Made by a program: the position numbers and the translations under genes
In this document: positions 19,783 through 28,690 of the stretch, one piece after another
How the letters are laid out: each line of letters opens with the position of its first letter
Position numbering within the stretch: position 1 is the stretch's first letter
From: a virus
Taxonomy: Duplodnaviria > Caudoviricetes
DNA: 64,000 bases
IMG/VR virus record: IMGVR_UViG_642973577_000001
Span: 64,001 to 128,000 of that record
Reading direction: 5' to 3' (one strand)
Notes under the pieces: model-generated
Told to the model about the DNA's origin: nothing
Databases searched by the model: none
The model's input: the letters and a program-made list of their open reading frames with translations, nothing else

Positions 19783-21129
19783 ATGCCGAACAACAGCCCC
19801 TTCCCCCTGATGCCGTCCAAGTCCACCGAGCTTCGGATGGACCACTTCGACCAGAACGTCTACGTCGCTGACGCGACCACGATCCTGTACAAGTTCATGG
19901 ACGCGCTGTGCGGCGACTCCGGTGCTGGCAGCCTCAAGAAGGAGATCTTCATCCAGCGCCTCTCCGGCGCGATCAGCGGTATCTACGGCTCCGACCTGGA
20001 CTACATCTTCGGCAACGCGGCCTTCCTCTCCCGAGCGCCATCGGAGAGCTACAGCTACGACACCATGACCCAGATGCTCACCAGCGACCAGTGGGACGAG
20101 GTGCAGGCCAAGGACGCTTGGTACCGGGCGCGCATCACCGAGTACTTCCGGGCCTGCTCGGCTGGCGGCACCGCCGAGGGCATCCGGCTGGCCGTCCACG
20201 CGGCCTGCTCGGTCGACTGCGAGATCATGGAGAACTGGCGCTACATCGACGACTTCGGCCTCGGCCAGAACGTCGGGCGTGCACCGGTCTCGGCGCGCAA
20301 CGAGGTCACCATCCGGCCACACAAGTCCGCGCTGGACCCCAAGGAGCGCCGCCTGCTGCGCGACATGCTCGACAAGATCACCCCGCAGGACTCCATCGCC
20401 ACGATCGACACCAACGGCCTGAGCGTCTCGACGCCGGTCCCGGTGCGTGGTGTGGTGGCCGATTCGGTCTACTACGAGGTGCAGAAGGTCGTCACCGGCA
20501 CGCCCGTGCTGGAGGACTTCCCCAACCCCGAGCTGCTGGCCGCTGACCTGGACCCCACCGAGCAGTACCTGTGGTCCAAGTCGCCGGAGCTGGCACCGTA
20601 CGCCCAGTTCAACATCACTCAGGAGTACGGCTACTACTACCTGGTCGGCGGCGGCAAGCGCAGCCCGATCGACTCGGTGAGCTACGGCACCCTGCAGCCC
20701 GACGGCAAGGTCAAGGCAGAGCCGCCGTTCGAGCTGTTCGAGTCGACCGGCCAGTTCACCGCGTGGATGGAGTACGAGCGCGCCGACAGCCCCGACAACT
20801 ACCCCGGCGGTAAGTTCGGCCTGACGCCCACCCAGGAGCCAGCACTCAACCCCGACCGCACCGCCTACCAGTTCAAGTACACCAGCCAGCAGGCCTACAT
20901 CGACGACCGAAAGGCCGAGGTGCTCGCGATGGGCGGCTATGCTGACGACCAGCGGTACCGCCTCCCAGTGGAGAAGGCCTCGGCGAGCAAGCGCACGTTC
21001 ACCGCCGACCTGGCCATCGCGTACTCCGCGCCCGCCCGTGACTCCACCGTCACCTCCAGCTGGACCGCACGCAAGCCTCGCCAGGCCAACCGCGAGGTGC
21101 GCGATCCGGCCAACTTCGTCAGGAGCTAG
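19783..21129 (+). CDS. baseplate wedge protein (gpI-like)
   Basis: D..YRARI..GGTAEGIRLAV pattern, follows baseplate J. Confidence 0.65.
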   Translation: MPNNSPFPLMPSKSTELRMDHFDQNVYVADATTILYKFMDALCGDSGAGSLKKEIFIQRLSGAISGIYGSDLDYIFGNAAFLSRAPSESYSYDTMTQMLTSDQWDEVQAKDAWYRARITEYFRACSAGGTAEGIRLAVHAACSVDCEIMENWRYIDDFGLGQNVGRAPVSARNEVTIRPHKSALDPKERRLLRDMLDKITPQDSIATIDTNGLSVSTPVPVRGVVADSVYYEVQKVVTGTPVLEDFPNPELLAADLDPTEQYLWSKSPELAPYAQFNITQEYGYYYLVGGGKRSPIDSVSYGTLQPDGKVKAEPPFELFESTGQFTAWMEYERADSPDNYPGGKFGLTPTQEPALNPDRTAYQFKYTSQQAYIDDRKAEVLAMGGYADDQRYRLPVEKASASKRTFTADLAIAYSAPARDSTVTSSWTARKPRQANREVRDPANFVRS

Positions 21130-21134
21130 CCAAA

Positions 21135-24100
21135 GTGGCCGAACAGAAGTACTACTTCGACTTCCACTTCCCGCTCAAGGTCGTCGCGCTCATCCTGCAG
21201 CTGATCTTCGGCAAGGGAGGCACCGACGCCCAGGTCGTCGACCCCGCGACTCGCGAGTGGTTCAGCCAGCCGCGTCCGGGCCGCGACGGCGGCACCGAGG
21301 TCATCACGACCACCTTCAAGCTGCCGCTGAGCATCTCCGAGCTGAGCACCGAGATCCTGCGCGTGCCCTGCCAGGTCGAGTTCTGGTACCAGGACCGCAA
21401 CAACAACTGGCGTCCGGTGCTGGACATGACCCGGCTGCCGGTGCGCATCAACGTGGCCCGCTCGGACGCTCGCTCGTTCTACAAGTTCACGTCCAAGGTC
21501 TATCCGATCGTCGCCAAGCAGATGCAGATCCGCGTAACGCGGACCAACGATCCGACGATGGAGGGCACCCCGTTCGTCGTCGGCCTTCGCAACACGCTCA
21601 TCCGGCGCAACGTCTACGACCGCGCCCAGGGCCAGCAGTACTTCGAGGAAGAGCAGGACATCCTCGGCAACGTCATCACCAAGTACATCAAGGACTGGGA
21701 CGCCAAGCGGGCCATCGACGACGACCCGTACACGTTCTGGAAGAGCGCCCCGATGCCCGACCCCGGCGCGGTGGCCAACCTGTTCCTGGACCTGCGCGGC
21801 GACGACGGCGAGCCTCGCTCGGTCGACAAGTTCTATATCGACCCGGTGTACACCGGCCAGCACCTGAACCTCTACTACTCCAGCGACGACACGATCGGCA
21901 CCCGCAAGCTCAACCCGGTGGCGATTCGCCCCGACGAGGACGAGAACACCGAGTGGCGGCTGGGCCGAGGCCGCAGCGACATCAGCGCCACGCTGCAGGA
22001 GAGCTACTACCGCTGGAACATGAACCTCGGCCCGCAGATCGGCCAGGCGGCATGGATCGGCGTCGAGTGGACCCCCGACTTCGACGCGGCCAGCGGTCCT
22101 CCGGGCAACCCGGTCCTCTACCGCGTGCGCGAGCCAGCTGGCCAGTGGAAGCCGACCCTGGAGTACGACGTCGGCGCGGGCGAGTTCACGCTGCAGTTCG
22201 ACAACGGCTCCGACACCCGCACCTACAGCGCACCCCTGACGTCGACCTTCAAGGCCGGTGACACGCTGCGCATCGTGGTCGGCTGGCGCTATGCCCCGAA
22301 CACCGTCTACATCAGCGTCCTGGACCGCCGGGGCAACGAGATCGCCCACCTGGAGGCCAACCCGTCCACCCTGCCGATGCAGGTGAGCCTGGACGGCACC
22401 AACGAGCTGTACGGATTCCGGGGGCTGGTCACCGCGCTCATCGTCAAGCTGGAGAGCTACCAGAGCAGCCGCGACCAGTTCATGGCCTCCCCGACCTACT
22501 ACGTCGACCCGGACCCGGTGATCCCGGACCCGGCCACCGGCCTGATCCCCAGCACGAGCCTGGACAACGCCGTCTACGCCGTCAGCTGGACCGCCCAGGA
22601 GCACGGCTCCGGCGGCGCAAGCGAGACCGCCTACGAGGACAAGGAGTGGACCCCGGTCTGGCGCAACTACGTCGTCGAGAAGGGCATGCTGTTCCTGCCC
22701 CAGGCGATCAGCGCCAAGTACTGGAAGTTCGAGTTCAGCCAGCTCACCGAGCAGCCCTACCCGATCTACGAGAGCGACATCGAGGTCCGGTACAAAGTCT
22801 TCCCGACCTCGGTCGTCCAGCAGTCCAGCCTCGGGCCGCGCCTGTACACGGGCGAGGGCGGCTTCCTGGGCCTGGGCACCTTCATCAGCATGAACGGCGT
22901 CCGGTCGGTCAACTGGCTCAACCCGGCCAGCATCCTGGACGCCGTGGGGTCGGTGCTGACCACCCAGTACGACGTCGTGCAGATCACCCAGTCCAACGGC
23001 TACATCAGCGAGACGATGCCCAACGCCGCCGACCTCAACCTGGAGGAGAGCCGCCGGATCGAGGCGGGCAGCCAGTACGTCTACCGGCGCGAGACCCTGC
23101 AGCCCTACATCATGGCCGAGGACCAGTACGTCACCACGATCAAGGCCGAGGGCCTGCAGAAGCTGGCGACGTTCACCGACGTGCCGTGGGAGGACATCGC
23201 AGCGGCCAACCCCGGCGCGATCACCCGCGTACGGTCGATCGGCACCCTGCCGGTGCGCGGCACCGACTGGTGGATCTACCCCGGCCAGCAGCTCAAGGTC
23301 CCGGCCAACGTCATGCAGAAGCTCACCGACACCTCCACGGTGACCGAACGCAAGATGACGCTGGAGCGGCGCGTGCGGTTCAACAGCCAGAGCGTGCACC
23401 GCTACGACTACCGGACCCTCAAGCGGGACGCGGCCATCGCCTACTTCGCCGCCGTCCGGGAGATCATCCCGTTCACGTCGACCTTCATCGCGGGCGAGGA
23501 CAAGCCGTACTTCGACTTCCCGACCTACGACCCCGACCAGTTCGTGACCAACTTCGTGAAGCGGCAGCCGACAGGCCCGATCACCACGCAGAAGAAGGTC
23601 TACCAGATCGACAACCGGCTGTTCGAGCGCAACCTGGCCAACTGGATCGCCTCCGGCGACAACTGGAGCTGGGACGGCACCAAGGGCCGCTGGCTGCGCG
23701 GTACGGCGCGGTGCGAGACCAACGGCCTGCACAACGAGCTGCTGAGCCAGATCAACGACGTCGAACCCGGCGAGCAGTTCAAGGTCCACGTCGACCTCAT
23801 GTGGGAGGACGTGACCGTCGCCAACACCCAGGAGGCGTTCGGCCTGGCGATCCGCTACTACCGGGCCGACGGCAGCTTCCTGTCCGACGCCTACGTGGGC
23901 ACCGTCAGCTACTCGGACTGGTCGACCCACAGCGACGGCGCGTGGAGGTCGATCGACGGCACCATGACCGCCCCGGCCAACGCCGCCCGGTTCCGGGTGG
24001 CCCTGGTGGTCGCGGCAGCTGCCCAGGCGGGCGGCAAGGTCTGGTTCGAGAACGTGCGGGTGGAGACCACCGACACGACTCTGGCCACGGTGTTCAAGAG

Positions 24101-24905
24101 CCTGCAGACGCGCTCGACGTTCTCCAAGGTCTCGGTCGACTTCAAGGACTCGGGACTGTGGCGCGCCGACAGCATGTGGGCCGACATCAACCCCGACAGC
24201 CAGTCCATCGGGGACACCGAGCTGGCCTACTACACGCGCACCATCCCCGAGACGATTCCCGGAGGTACCTGGGGTGACACCACAAAGGCGTGGTCGACTG
24301 AGGACACTGTGTGGGGAAGCCCGTACGGCGTGGTCAATATCAGCGTCGATCCTAACCGTCGCTATCAGGGCAAGCGCGTACTTCGCTTCCGAAGGGCTGC
24401 GGGCGCTGGTCAGGCCGGTATCAAGGTCAAGCAGTGGACTCACTTCGTTCCTCAGGGCCTGTTCCGCATCGGTGCCGTTTTCTACAAGCCGACGGCAAAT
24501 GACAACGTGGCGACGGTTCGACTCCGCCGACTGGCCGATGGCGTCATCGTCTACGAGGAGTCAGTCGTCGCTCCAGCTGGTCGTTGGCATGAGTTCAAGA
24601 CACGCTTCGTCGAGATCCCGCCGGGGGCTGACCAGGAGTACAACGTAGAGCTGACCCTGGAGGGCGACGACGAGGACGAGCTGTACCTCTCGGACCTCTA
24701 CACCGAGCTGGCGCTGGTCCGGTACTTCGTTCGCCTCGGCGGCGTCGGCAGCTTCCTGCACGAGGTGACCGACCTGCGCTACGAGGACGGTCGCGTCAAC
24801 GTGACCACGACCGTCCCCGTCAGCGACGTCAGCGTGACCGCCAGCATCATCTCGCCAGAGGCCTGGGCGTACGGGGCGCGCATCACCCCGCACTACCTCA
24901 AGTAG
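21135..24905 (+). CDS. large minor tail protein with carbohydrate-binding-like domains
   Basis: 1256 aa beta-rich; AIDDDPYTFWKS and TAPANAARFRV..WFENV motifs. Confidence 0.7.
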   Translation: MAEQKYYFDFHFPLKVVALILQLIFGKGGTDAQVVDPATREWFSQPRPGRDGGTEVITTTFKLPLSISELSTEILRVPCQVEFWYQDRNNNWRPVLDMTRLPVRINVARSDARSFYKFTSKVYPIVAKQMQIRVTRTNDPTMEGTPFVVGLRNTLIRRNVYDRAQGQQYFEEEQDILGNVITKYIKDWDAKRAIDDDPYTFWKSAPMPDPGAVANLFLDLRGDDGEPRSVDKFYIDPVYTGQHLNLYYSSDDTIGTRKLNPVAIRPDEDENTEWRLGRGRSDISATLQESYYRWNMNLGPQIGQAAWIGVEWTPDFDAASGPPGNPVLYRVREPAGQWKPTLEYDVGAGEFTLQFDNGSDTRTYSAPLTSTFKAGDTLRIVVGWRYAPNTVYISVLDRRGNEIAHLEANPSTLPMQVSLDGTNELYGFRGLVTALIVKLESYQSSRDQFMASPTYYVDPDPVIPDPATGLIPSTSLDNAVYAVSWTAQEHGSGGASETAYEDKEWTPVWRNYVVEKGMLFLPQAISAKYWKFEFSQLTEQPYPIYESDIEVRYKVFPTSVVQQSSLGPRLYTGEGGFLGLGTFISMNGVRSVNWLNPASILDAVGSVLTTQYDVVQITQSNGYISETMPNAADLNLEESRRIEAGSQYVYRRETLQPYIMAEDQYVTTIKAEGLQKLATFTDVPWEDIAAANPGAITRVRSIGTLPVRGTDWWIYPGQQLKVPANVMQKLTDTSTVTERKMTLERRVRFNSQSVHRYDYRTLKRDAAIAYFAAVREIIPFTSTFIAGEDKPYFDFPTYDPDQFVTNFVKRQPTGPITTQKKVYQIDNRLFERNLANWIASGDNWSWDGTKGRWLRGTARCETNGLHNELLSQINDVEPGEQFKVHVDLMWEDVTVANTQEAFGLAIRYYRADGSFLSDAYVGTVSYSDWSTHSDGAWRSIDGTMTAPANAARFRVALVVAAAAQAGGKVWFENVRVETTDTTLATVFKSLQTRSTFSKVSVDFKDSGLWRADSMWADINPDSQSIGDTELAYYTRTIPETIPGGTWGDTTKAWSTEDTVWGSPYGVVNISVDPNRRYQGKRVLRFRRAAGAGQAGIKVKQWTHFVPQGLFRIGAVFYKPTANDNVATVRLRRLADGVIVYEESVVAPAGRWHEFKTRFVEIPPGADQEYNVELTLEGDDEDELYLSDLYTELALVRYFVRLGGVGSFLHEVTDLRYEDGRVNVTTTVPVSDVSVTASIISPEAWAYGARITPHYLK

Positions 24906-25208
24906 CTACTTCGCGTGGCTCTTGAACCGGCCCGGACGGCTGCGCATCACGATCACCATGTTCTGGTGGGTGGGCACCCGGTAGGCCGGTCCCCAGCTCT
25001 GGATCTTCCAGGCCTTGTTGCAGCCCTCGATCTGGTCGATGGCTTCAACGGTGACCTCGCTGGTGACGACCAGCTGGCCCTCGGCGTTGCGGCTCTCCCG
25101 GCGTTCGGTGGTGCCCCGGCTGCCGGTGACCCGTGCCATGGCTGCCGCTCCGACAATGGCGTCGGCCTCGGCCTGGGTGAAGTAGTCCTCCATTGCGTGG
25201 TTGCTCAT
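24906..25208 (-). CDS. hypothetical protein (leaderless)
   Basis: ATG lies 7 nt downstream of TATAGT -10. Confidence 0.7.
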   Translation of the reverse strand: MSNHAMEDYFTQAEADAIVGAAAMARVTGSRGTTERRESRNAEGQLVVTSEVTVEAIDQIEGCNKAWKIQSWGPAYRVPTHQNMVIVMRSRPGRFKSHAK

Positions 25209-25214
25209 GGCTCA

Positions 25215-25251
25215 ACTATAGCAGTCGACTAGAACCTTTTGCAACCCCTAC
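25215..25251 (-). promoter_or_regulatory. SigA-like promoter GTAGGGG-TTGCAA-N18-TATAGT
   Basis: near-consensus -35 and extended -10 (TGcTATAGT). Confidence 0.75.
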
Positions 25252-25445
25252 CGGCGGTTCTTCTTCGATCGCTTCGGCGCACGGTACTTCCGGGGCTGCG
25301 CGGTGAGGTGCCAGCCGCCGCAGCGGCACTCGTACACGCGGATGGGCGAGTAGAGGGTCTTCCCGAGCCGAGGATCGTGCAATGCCTGCTCGGCGCTCTC
25401 CTCGGTGCGATAGCGGCTCTTCGTGGGTGTGGGGCAAGTATTCAT
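25248..25445 (-). CDS. small zinc-binding protein
   Basis: C..K..Y..RVYECRCGGWHLT motif common in actinophages. Confidence 0.7.
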   Translation of the reverse strand: MNTCPTPTKSRYRTEESAEQALHDPRLGKTLYSPIRVYECRCGGWHLTAQPRKYRAPKRSKKNRR

Positions 25446-25526
25446 TCCTATGACACTACACTAGAGCTGTCTCACCTGCCTAGAAGATTCCGGGTTGACT
25501 TTCGTTCTAGGCCCTGTCAGTCAGTG

Positions 25527-25598
25527 ATGGCCGAGAAGACCTTCACCGAGGCGAAGAAGCGCGCCCGCGAGCATCACCTCGCACTGATCGGGAAGTAG
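25527..25598 (+). CDS. 23 aa peptide MAEKTFTEAKKRAREHHLALIGK
   Basis: phage-like codon use; TTGACT upstream. Confidence 0.4.
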   Translation: MAEKTFTEAKKRAREHHLALIGK

Positions 25599-25630
25599 GG
25601 GTTGCGGCGTCGGTGTTCTTCTAGTAAGCT
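25595..25630 (+). promoter_or_regulatory. SigA-like promoter GTAGGGG-TTGCGG-N17-TAAGCT
   Basis: ATG at 25637 is 7 nt after the -10. Confidence 0.7.
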
Positions 25631-25636
25631 ATAAGT

Positions 25637-25780
25637 ATGAACACGAACACCGACGCCGGTCGCCTCCACAGCGAGCGCCGCACCGCACAGGCTCGCGCCG
25701 CCGCGAAGCCGGTGAACAAGGCCCGCGCCGCCAAGCGCCCCGGCAAGGGCAACCGCAACAACTGGAAGAAGGGCATCTGA
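25637..25780 (+). CDS. small basic protein (47 aa, leaderless)
   Basis: MNTNTDAGRLHSERR...KRPGKGNRNNWKKGI; TGATG coupling. Confidence 0.65.
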   Translation: MNTNTDAGRLHSERRTAQARAAAKPVNKARAAKRPGKGNRNNWKKGI

Positions 25781-25929
25781 TGGCACGTATGCTCGGCACC
25801 TACCGCCAGCCGCCTTGCAAGCGGTGCTGCGGCGACCGCTTCAAGGACGAGCGCAAGGTCACCAAGCGCGCCGTCAAGCGCGCCGAGAAGGCCGACCTCC
25901 GCCGCGACATCGAGAAGGGACGAGTGTGA
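25780..25929 (+). CDS. small basic Cys-containing protein (49 aa)
   Basis: MARMLGTYRQPPCKRCCGDRFK...; TGATG coupling at both ends. Confidence 0.65.
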   Translation: MARMLGTYRQPPCKRCCGDRFKDERKVTKRAVKRAEKADLRRDIEKGRV

Positions 25930-26036
25930 TGCGCAACTTCCACCACCGCGTGCGTGCGGTCTTCCTGGGAGCCGCCGCTGGCTCCTCGGTCTACGTCGGG
26001 CTGATGGGCCTGGCGTACTGGTTCACCACCCTGTGA
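25929..26036 (+). CDS. small membrane peptide (35 aa)
   Basis: coupled ORF with one hydrophobic helix. Confidence 0.55.
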   Translation: MRNFHHRVRAVFLGAAAGSSVYVGLMGLAYWFTTL

Positions 26037-27622
26037 ACCCGAAGCTCAACACCATCGGCATGGGGCTGATGGGCACCGGATGGGTGAGCGCCCAGGCTCT
26101 CATGGACGCACCGCCGCCCGTACTCGATCAGGTCATGGTCGCGGCCTTCGGCGTGTGGTTCACTAGTATGGCTCTGGAGCAGCGGAAGAAGTCTGACGCT
26201 GCCGACCAAACACCCACGGAGGTCCCAGTGGACTGGACTGACTCTGCCGAGCGCCTGCTGGAGCAGCTCGAAGAGGAGAACACCCCCAAGCCGACGTTCT
26301 TCTGCGCGACCGGCGACCACATCGTCGATGAGGTCATCTGGCTGGAGCAGATCGCGCTGGGCTGCAAGCCCTGCATGCTCAAGCTGCGCGACACCCTGAC
26401 CAAGGACCGCGACATCACCATGCGGCTGTGGAAGGGCAACCCCGACGGCACGCTGACCCAGATTCCGGCGGACCCCGAGAAGAAGCCGCTGCCGACCAAG
26501 ACCTCGGCCACCACGCCCGCCAAGACGGCGGCGCGACGTCGTGGGCCGAAGGAGTACATCCGCGAGCACCAGGACTGGACCTGCACCCAGTGCGGTCGCG
26601 GGTTCGATACGGCCCAGGACGGCTTCTACAACACCATGACCGGCTTCGTCTGCAAGCGGTGTGCAGGCACCGCGATCAAGGGCGGCAAGCCGGTGGGTGG
26701 CCTGACCGCACACAAGGCCGAGCAGCGCGTCAAGAGCCGAGTCGCCGACGGTGGTCCGTACACCGTCGACAAGGTGAACGTGGCCGCTGGCGAGGTCGTC
26801 AAGGCCTCCGGTGGCCGCACCTCCATCCGCATCCGGGGCGACGTCGGCCCTGGCGCGCTGGTGAAGGCCTCCGGCGGCAACTGCCGGATCATCATCGACG
26901 GCGACGTCTACCAGAACGCCACCGTCATGGCCTCTGGTGGCTCGGGCGAGATCATCGTCAAGGGCTACATCTACGACTACGCGATCGTGAAGGCCTCAGG
27001 AGGCTCGTGCCGCGTCAACCACCACGGCCATGCCGCCACGGCCCAGGTGAAGGCCTCGGGCGGCTCTGCGACGGTCTCAGACCTCTCCGGCGGTCGCGAC
27101 GAGGACGCCGGTCCCCGCGACTTCACCCGGTACCAGGCTCCTGGCCCGATCGCCACGACCAAGAGGCAGTGGGCCGACGCCGAGAGCTTCGCGAACAACC
27201 GGGGCGACGACCCGCTGACTCGCTACCTGCACGAGATCACCGCACCGTCGATCCAGGACCAGCTCAACGACGTCACCCAGAAGCGGATCAAGCGCAACCA
27301 GGAGATCGCCGAGCGCAACGGCCAGGGCGACTTCATCATCCCCACGTGCGTGGAGTGTGGCCTGCTGGACCCGGAGAATCCGGTGGCTGGCTGGACCAAG
27401 AACCCGCCGGGGTACAAGTGCGCCGTTTGCCTGTCTGGCAGCACCCCGGACCAGGCCAAGCGGAGCTACCGGAAGTGGCGCGTGCAGTCCCGCAAGGACC
27501 TGCCGAAGTCGCCACAGGACCGCGAGACCTACTACGTGATCGACGACAACGAGGTCCTGACCTGGTTCGATGGCACCTGGGTCCGGGTCCTGATCCCGAA
27601 CAGGAACACCGTCGACAAGTAG
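26033..27622 (+). CDS. membrane-anchored protein with zinc fingers and xASGG repeat domain
   Basis: N-terminal hydrophobic segments, several CxxC pairs, five ~21 aa repeats. Confidence 0.75.
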   Translation: MNPKLNTIGMGLMGTGWVSAQALMDAPPPVLDQVMVAAFGVWFTSMALEQRKKSDAADQTPTEVPVDWTDSAERLLEQLEEENTPKPTFFCATGDHIVDEVIWLEQIALGCKPCMLKLRDTLTKDRDITMRLWKGNPDGTLTQIPADPEKKPLPTKTSATTPAKTAARRRGPKEYIREHQDWTCTQCGRGFDTAQDGFYNTMTGFVCKRCAGTAIKGGKPVGGLTAHKAEQRVKSRVADGGPYTVDKVNVAAGEVVKASGGRTSIRIRGDVGPGALVKASGGNCRIIIDGDVYQNATVMASGGSGEIIVKGYIYDYAIVKASGGSCRVNHHGHAATAQVKASGGSATVSDLSGGRDEDAGPRDFTRYQAPGPIATTKRQWADAESFANNRGDDPLTRYLHEITAPSIQDQLNDVTQKRIKRNQEIAERNGQGDFIIPTCVECGLLDPENPVAGWTKNPPGYKCAVCLSGSTPDQAKRSYRKWRVQSRKDLPKSPQDRETYYVIDDNEVLTWFDGTWVRVLIPNRNTVDK

Positions 27623-27655
27623 GGGTTGCACGTCTGACACGGGGTCTGCTACGGT
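27619..27655 (+). promoter_or_regulatory. promoter of tRNA array GTAGGGG-TTGCAC-N18-TACGGT
   Basis: extended -10 TGcTACGGT; same upstream motif as two other promoters. Confidence 0.7.
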
Positions 27656-27662
27656 AGATCCC

Positions 27663-27740
27663 GTGTTTACGATTGCCGATACCACCACGCGAGGGACGCT
27701 CATGCGAGCGGCCTATCGACCGTGGCATATCAAGCACTAG
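27663..27740 (+). CDS. leaderless leader peptide MFTIADTTTRGTLMRAAYRPWHIKH
   Basis: GTG at predicted TSS; in-frame ATG 27702 with GAGGGA SD; atypical codons (3 CGA). Confidence 0.55.
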   Translation: MFTIADTTTRGTLMRAAYRPWHIKH

Positions 27741-27817
27741 TCGTCGCAGCTTTCGAGCCGTGACGACGACCGGCTCGAAGATTCCACACCCGTAGTGGGT
27801 GTTTTCTCCTTGAGCCG
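27740..27817 (+). promoter_or_regulatory. attenuator-like alternative hairpins and terminator
   Basis: 27740-47/27760-67, 27752-60/27771-79 and 27771-78/27810-17 pairings compete; ACACCC-GTAGT-GGGTGT-TTTCT terminator-like. Confidence 0.55.
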
Positions 27818-27831
27818 ACCGGCAGCACAAT

Positions 27832-27903
27832 CGGGATATGGTGTAAGGGTTAGCACGATTGGTTTGGGACCATTCTGACGGGGTTCGAGTCCCTGTTTCC
27901 CGA
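27832..27903 (+). tRNA. tRNA-Pro(TGG)
   Basis: cloverleaf, loop TT-TGG-GA, TTCGAGT T-loop. Confidence 0.85.
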
Positions 27904-27932
27904 CGTACGACAACTGAATAGCACGACCCTAT

Positions 27933-28000
27933 GCAGGTGTGAAGCGGCTTCCCGAAGGATTCCAACCCCTGAGGCGTGGGTTCAACTCCTACCACCTGTG
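27933..28000 (+). tRNA. tRNA-Trp(CCA), miniature D-arm
   Basis: GCAGGTG/CACCTGT acceptor, loop TT-CCA-AC, D-arm GAAG-CGG-CTTC. Confidence 0.7.
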
Positions 28001-28032
28001 CGTAAAGCGTCCAAACCACCTACCATGGTTAG

Positions 28033-28380
28033 ATGGCTTACAAGGACCCGTCAGACCCACGTCTGCTTGAGAAGCGTAGAGCGCATTACTACGCCAACAA
28101 GCAACCGTATCTAGATCGGGCAAAGGCTCAAAGGACAGCGATGTCCGTATGGGCCAGACAACTAAAGAGCGGACCCTGTACTGATTGTGGAGGCACTTTC
28201 CACCATTTTCAGATGGATTGGGATCACATTGGTGACGACAAAGAGTTCGACGTCGGCAAAGCGGTCAGGATAGGGTACGGCAAGAAGCGAATCTTGGCCG
28301 AGATCGCGAAGTGCGAGTTGGTTTGCGCCAACTGCCATCGCCTTCGGACCTGGAGGAGACTTCACCCTGAGGATGAGTAG
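28033..28380 (+). CDS. HNH endonuclease
   Basis: CTDCG..MDWDH..EIAKCELVCANCHRLRT. Confidence 0.88.
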   Translation: MAYKDPSDPRLLEKRRAHYYANKQPYLDRAKAQRTAMSVWARQLKSGPCTDCGGTFHHFQMDWDHIGDDKEFDVGKAVRIGYGKKRILAEIAKCELVCANCHRLRTWRRLHPEDE

Positions 28381-28390
28381 TCCTCGCAAT

Positions 28391-28474
28391 GCCGTGTATG
28401 CCCAACTGGTGTTTGGGAGCAGGCTGTAACCCTGTGGCCTTCGGGACGGCGGAGTTCGATTCTCTGACGCGGCA
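28391..28474 (+). tRNA. tRNA-Tyr(GTA)
   Basis: loop CT-GTA-AC, long variable arm. Confidence 0.88.
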
Positions 28475-28499
28475 CGTTTAATCCCTTGCGGGATTGAAT

Positions 28500-28554
28500 C
28501 GAGCAGAGGTAGCTTCTACCTCAGCTCGTATGAAACTTGAGAACTCCATAGTGT
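28500..28554 (+). promoter_or_regulatory. hairpin followed by rrn boxA-like sequence
   Basis: CGAGC-A-GAGGTAG-CTT-CTACCTC-A-GCTCG hairpin then TTGAGAACTCCATAGTGT. Confidence 0.5.
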
Positions 28555-28613
28555 AGTACTAGAGATCTGGCCAGGCACCATCCTGGCCACAAACCCGGCT
28601 CGTCCGGGTGCGT

Positions 28614-28687
28614 AGCGGGGTAGAGCAGCTCGGTAGCTCGCCAGGCTCATAACCTGGAGGCCGTGGGTTCAAATCCCACTCCCGCCA
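28614..28687 (+). tRNA. tRNA-Met(CAT), initiator-like
   Basis: A1:C72 mismatch, fMet-type D-arm GAGCAGCTCGGTAGCTC. Confidence 0.88.
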
Positions 28688-28690
28688 CTA

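Noticed and set aside
968-24443. Very long minus-strand ORFs (e.g. 12982..15945, 21126..24443)
   Set aside because: Antisense shadows of high-GC3 genes; no motifs and fully overlapping real genes
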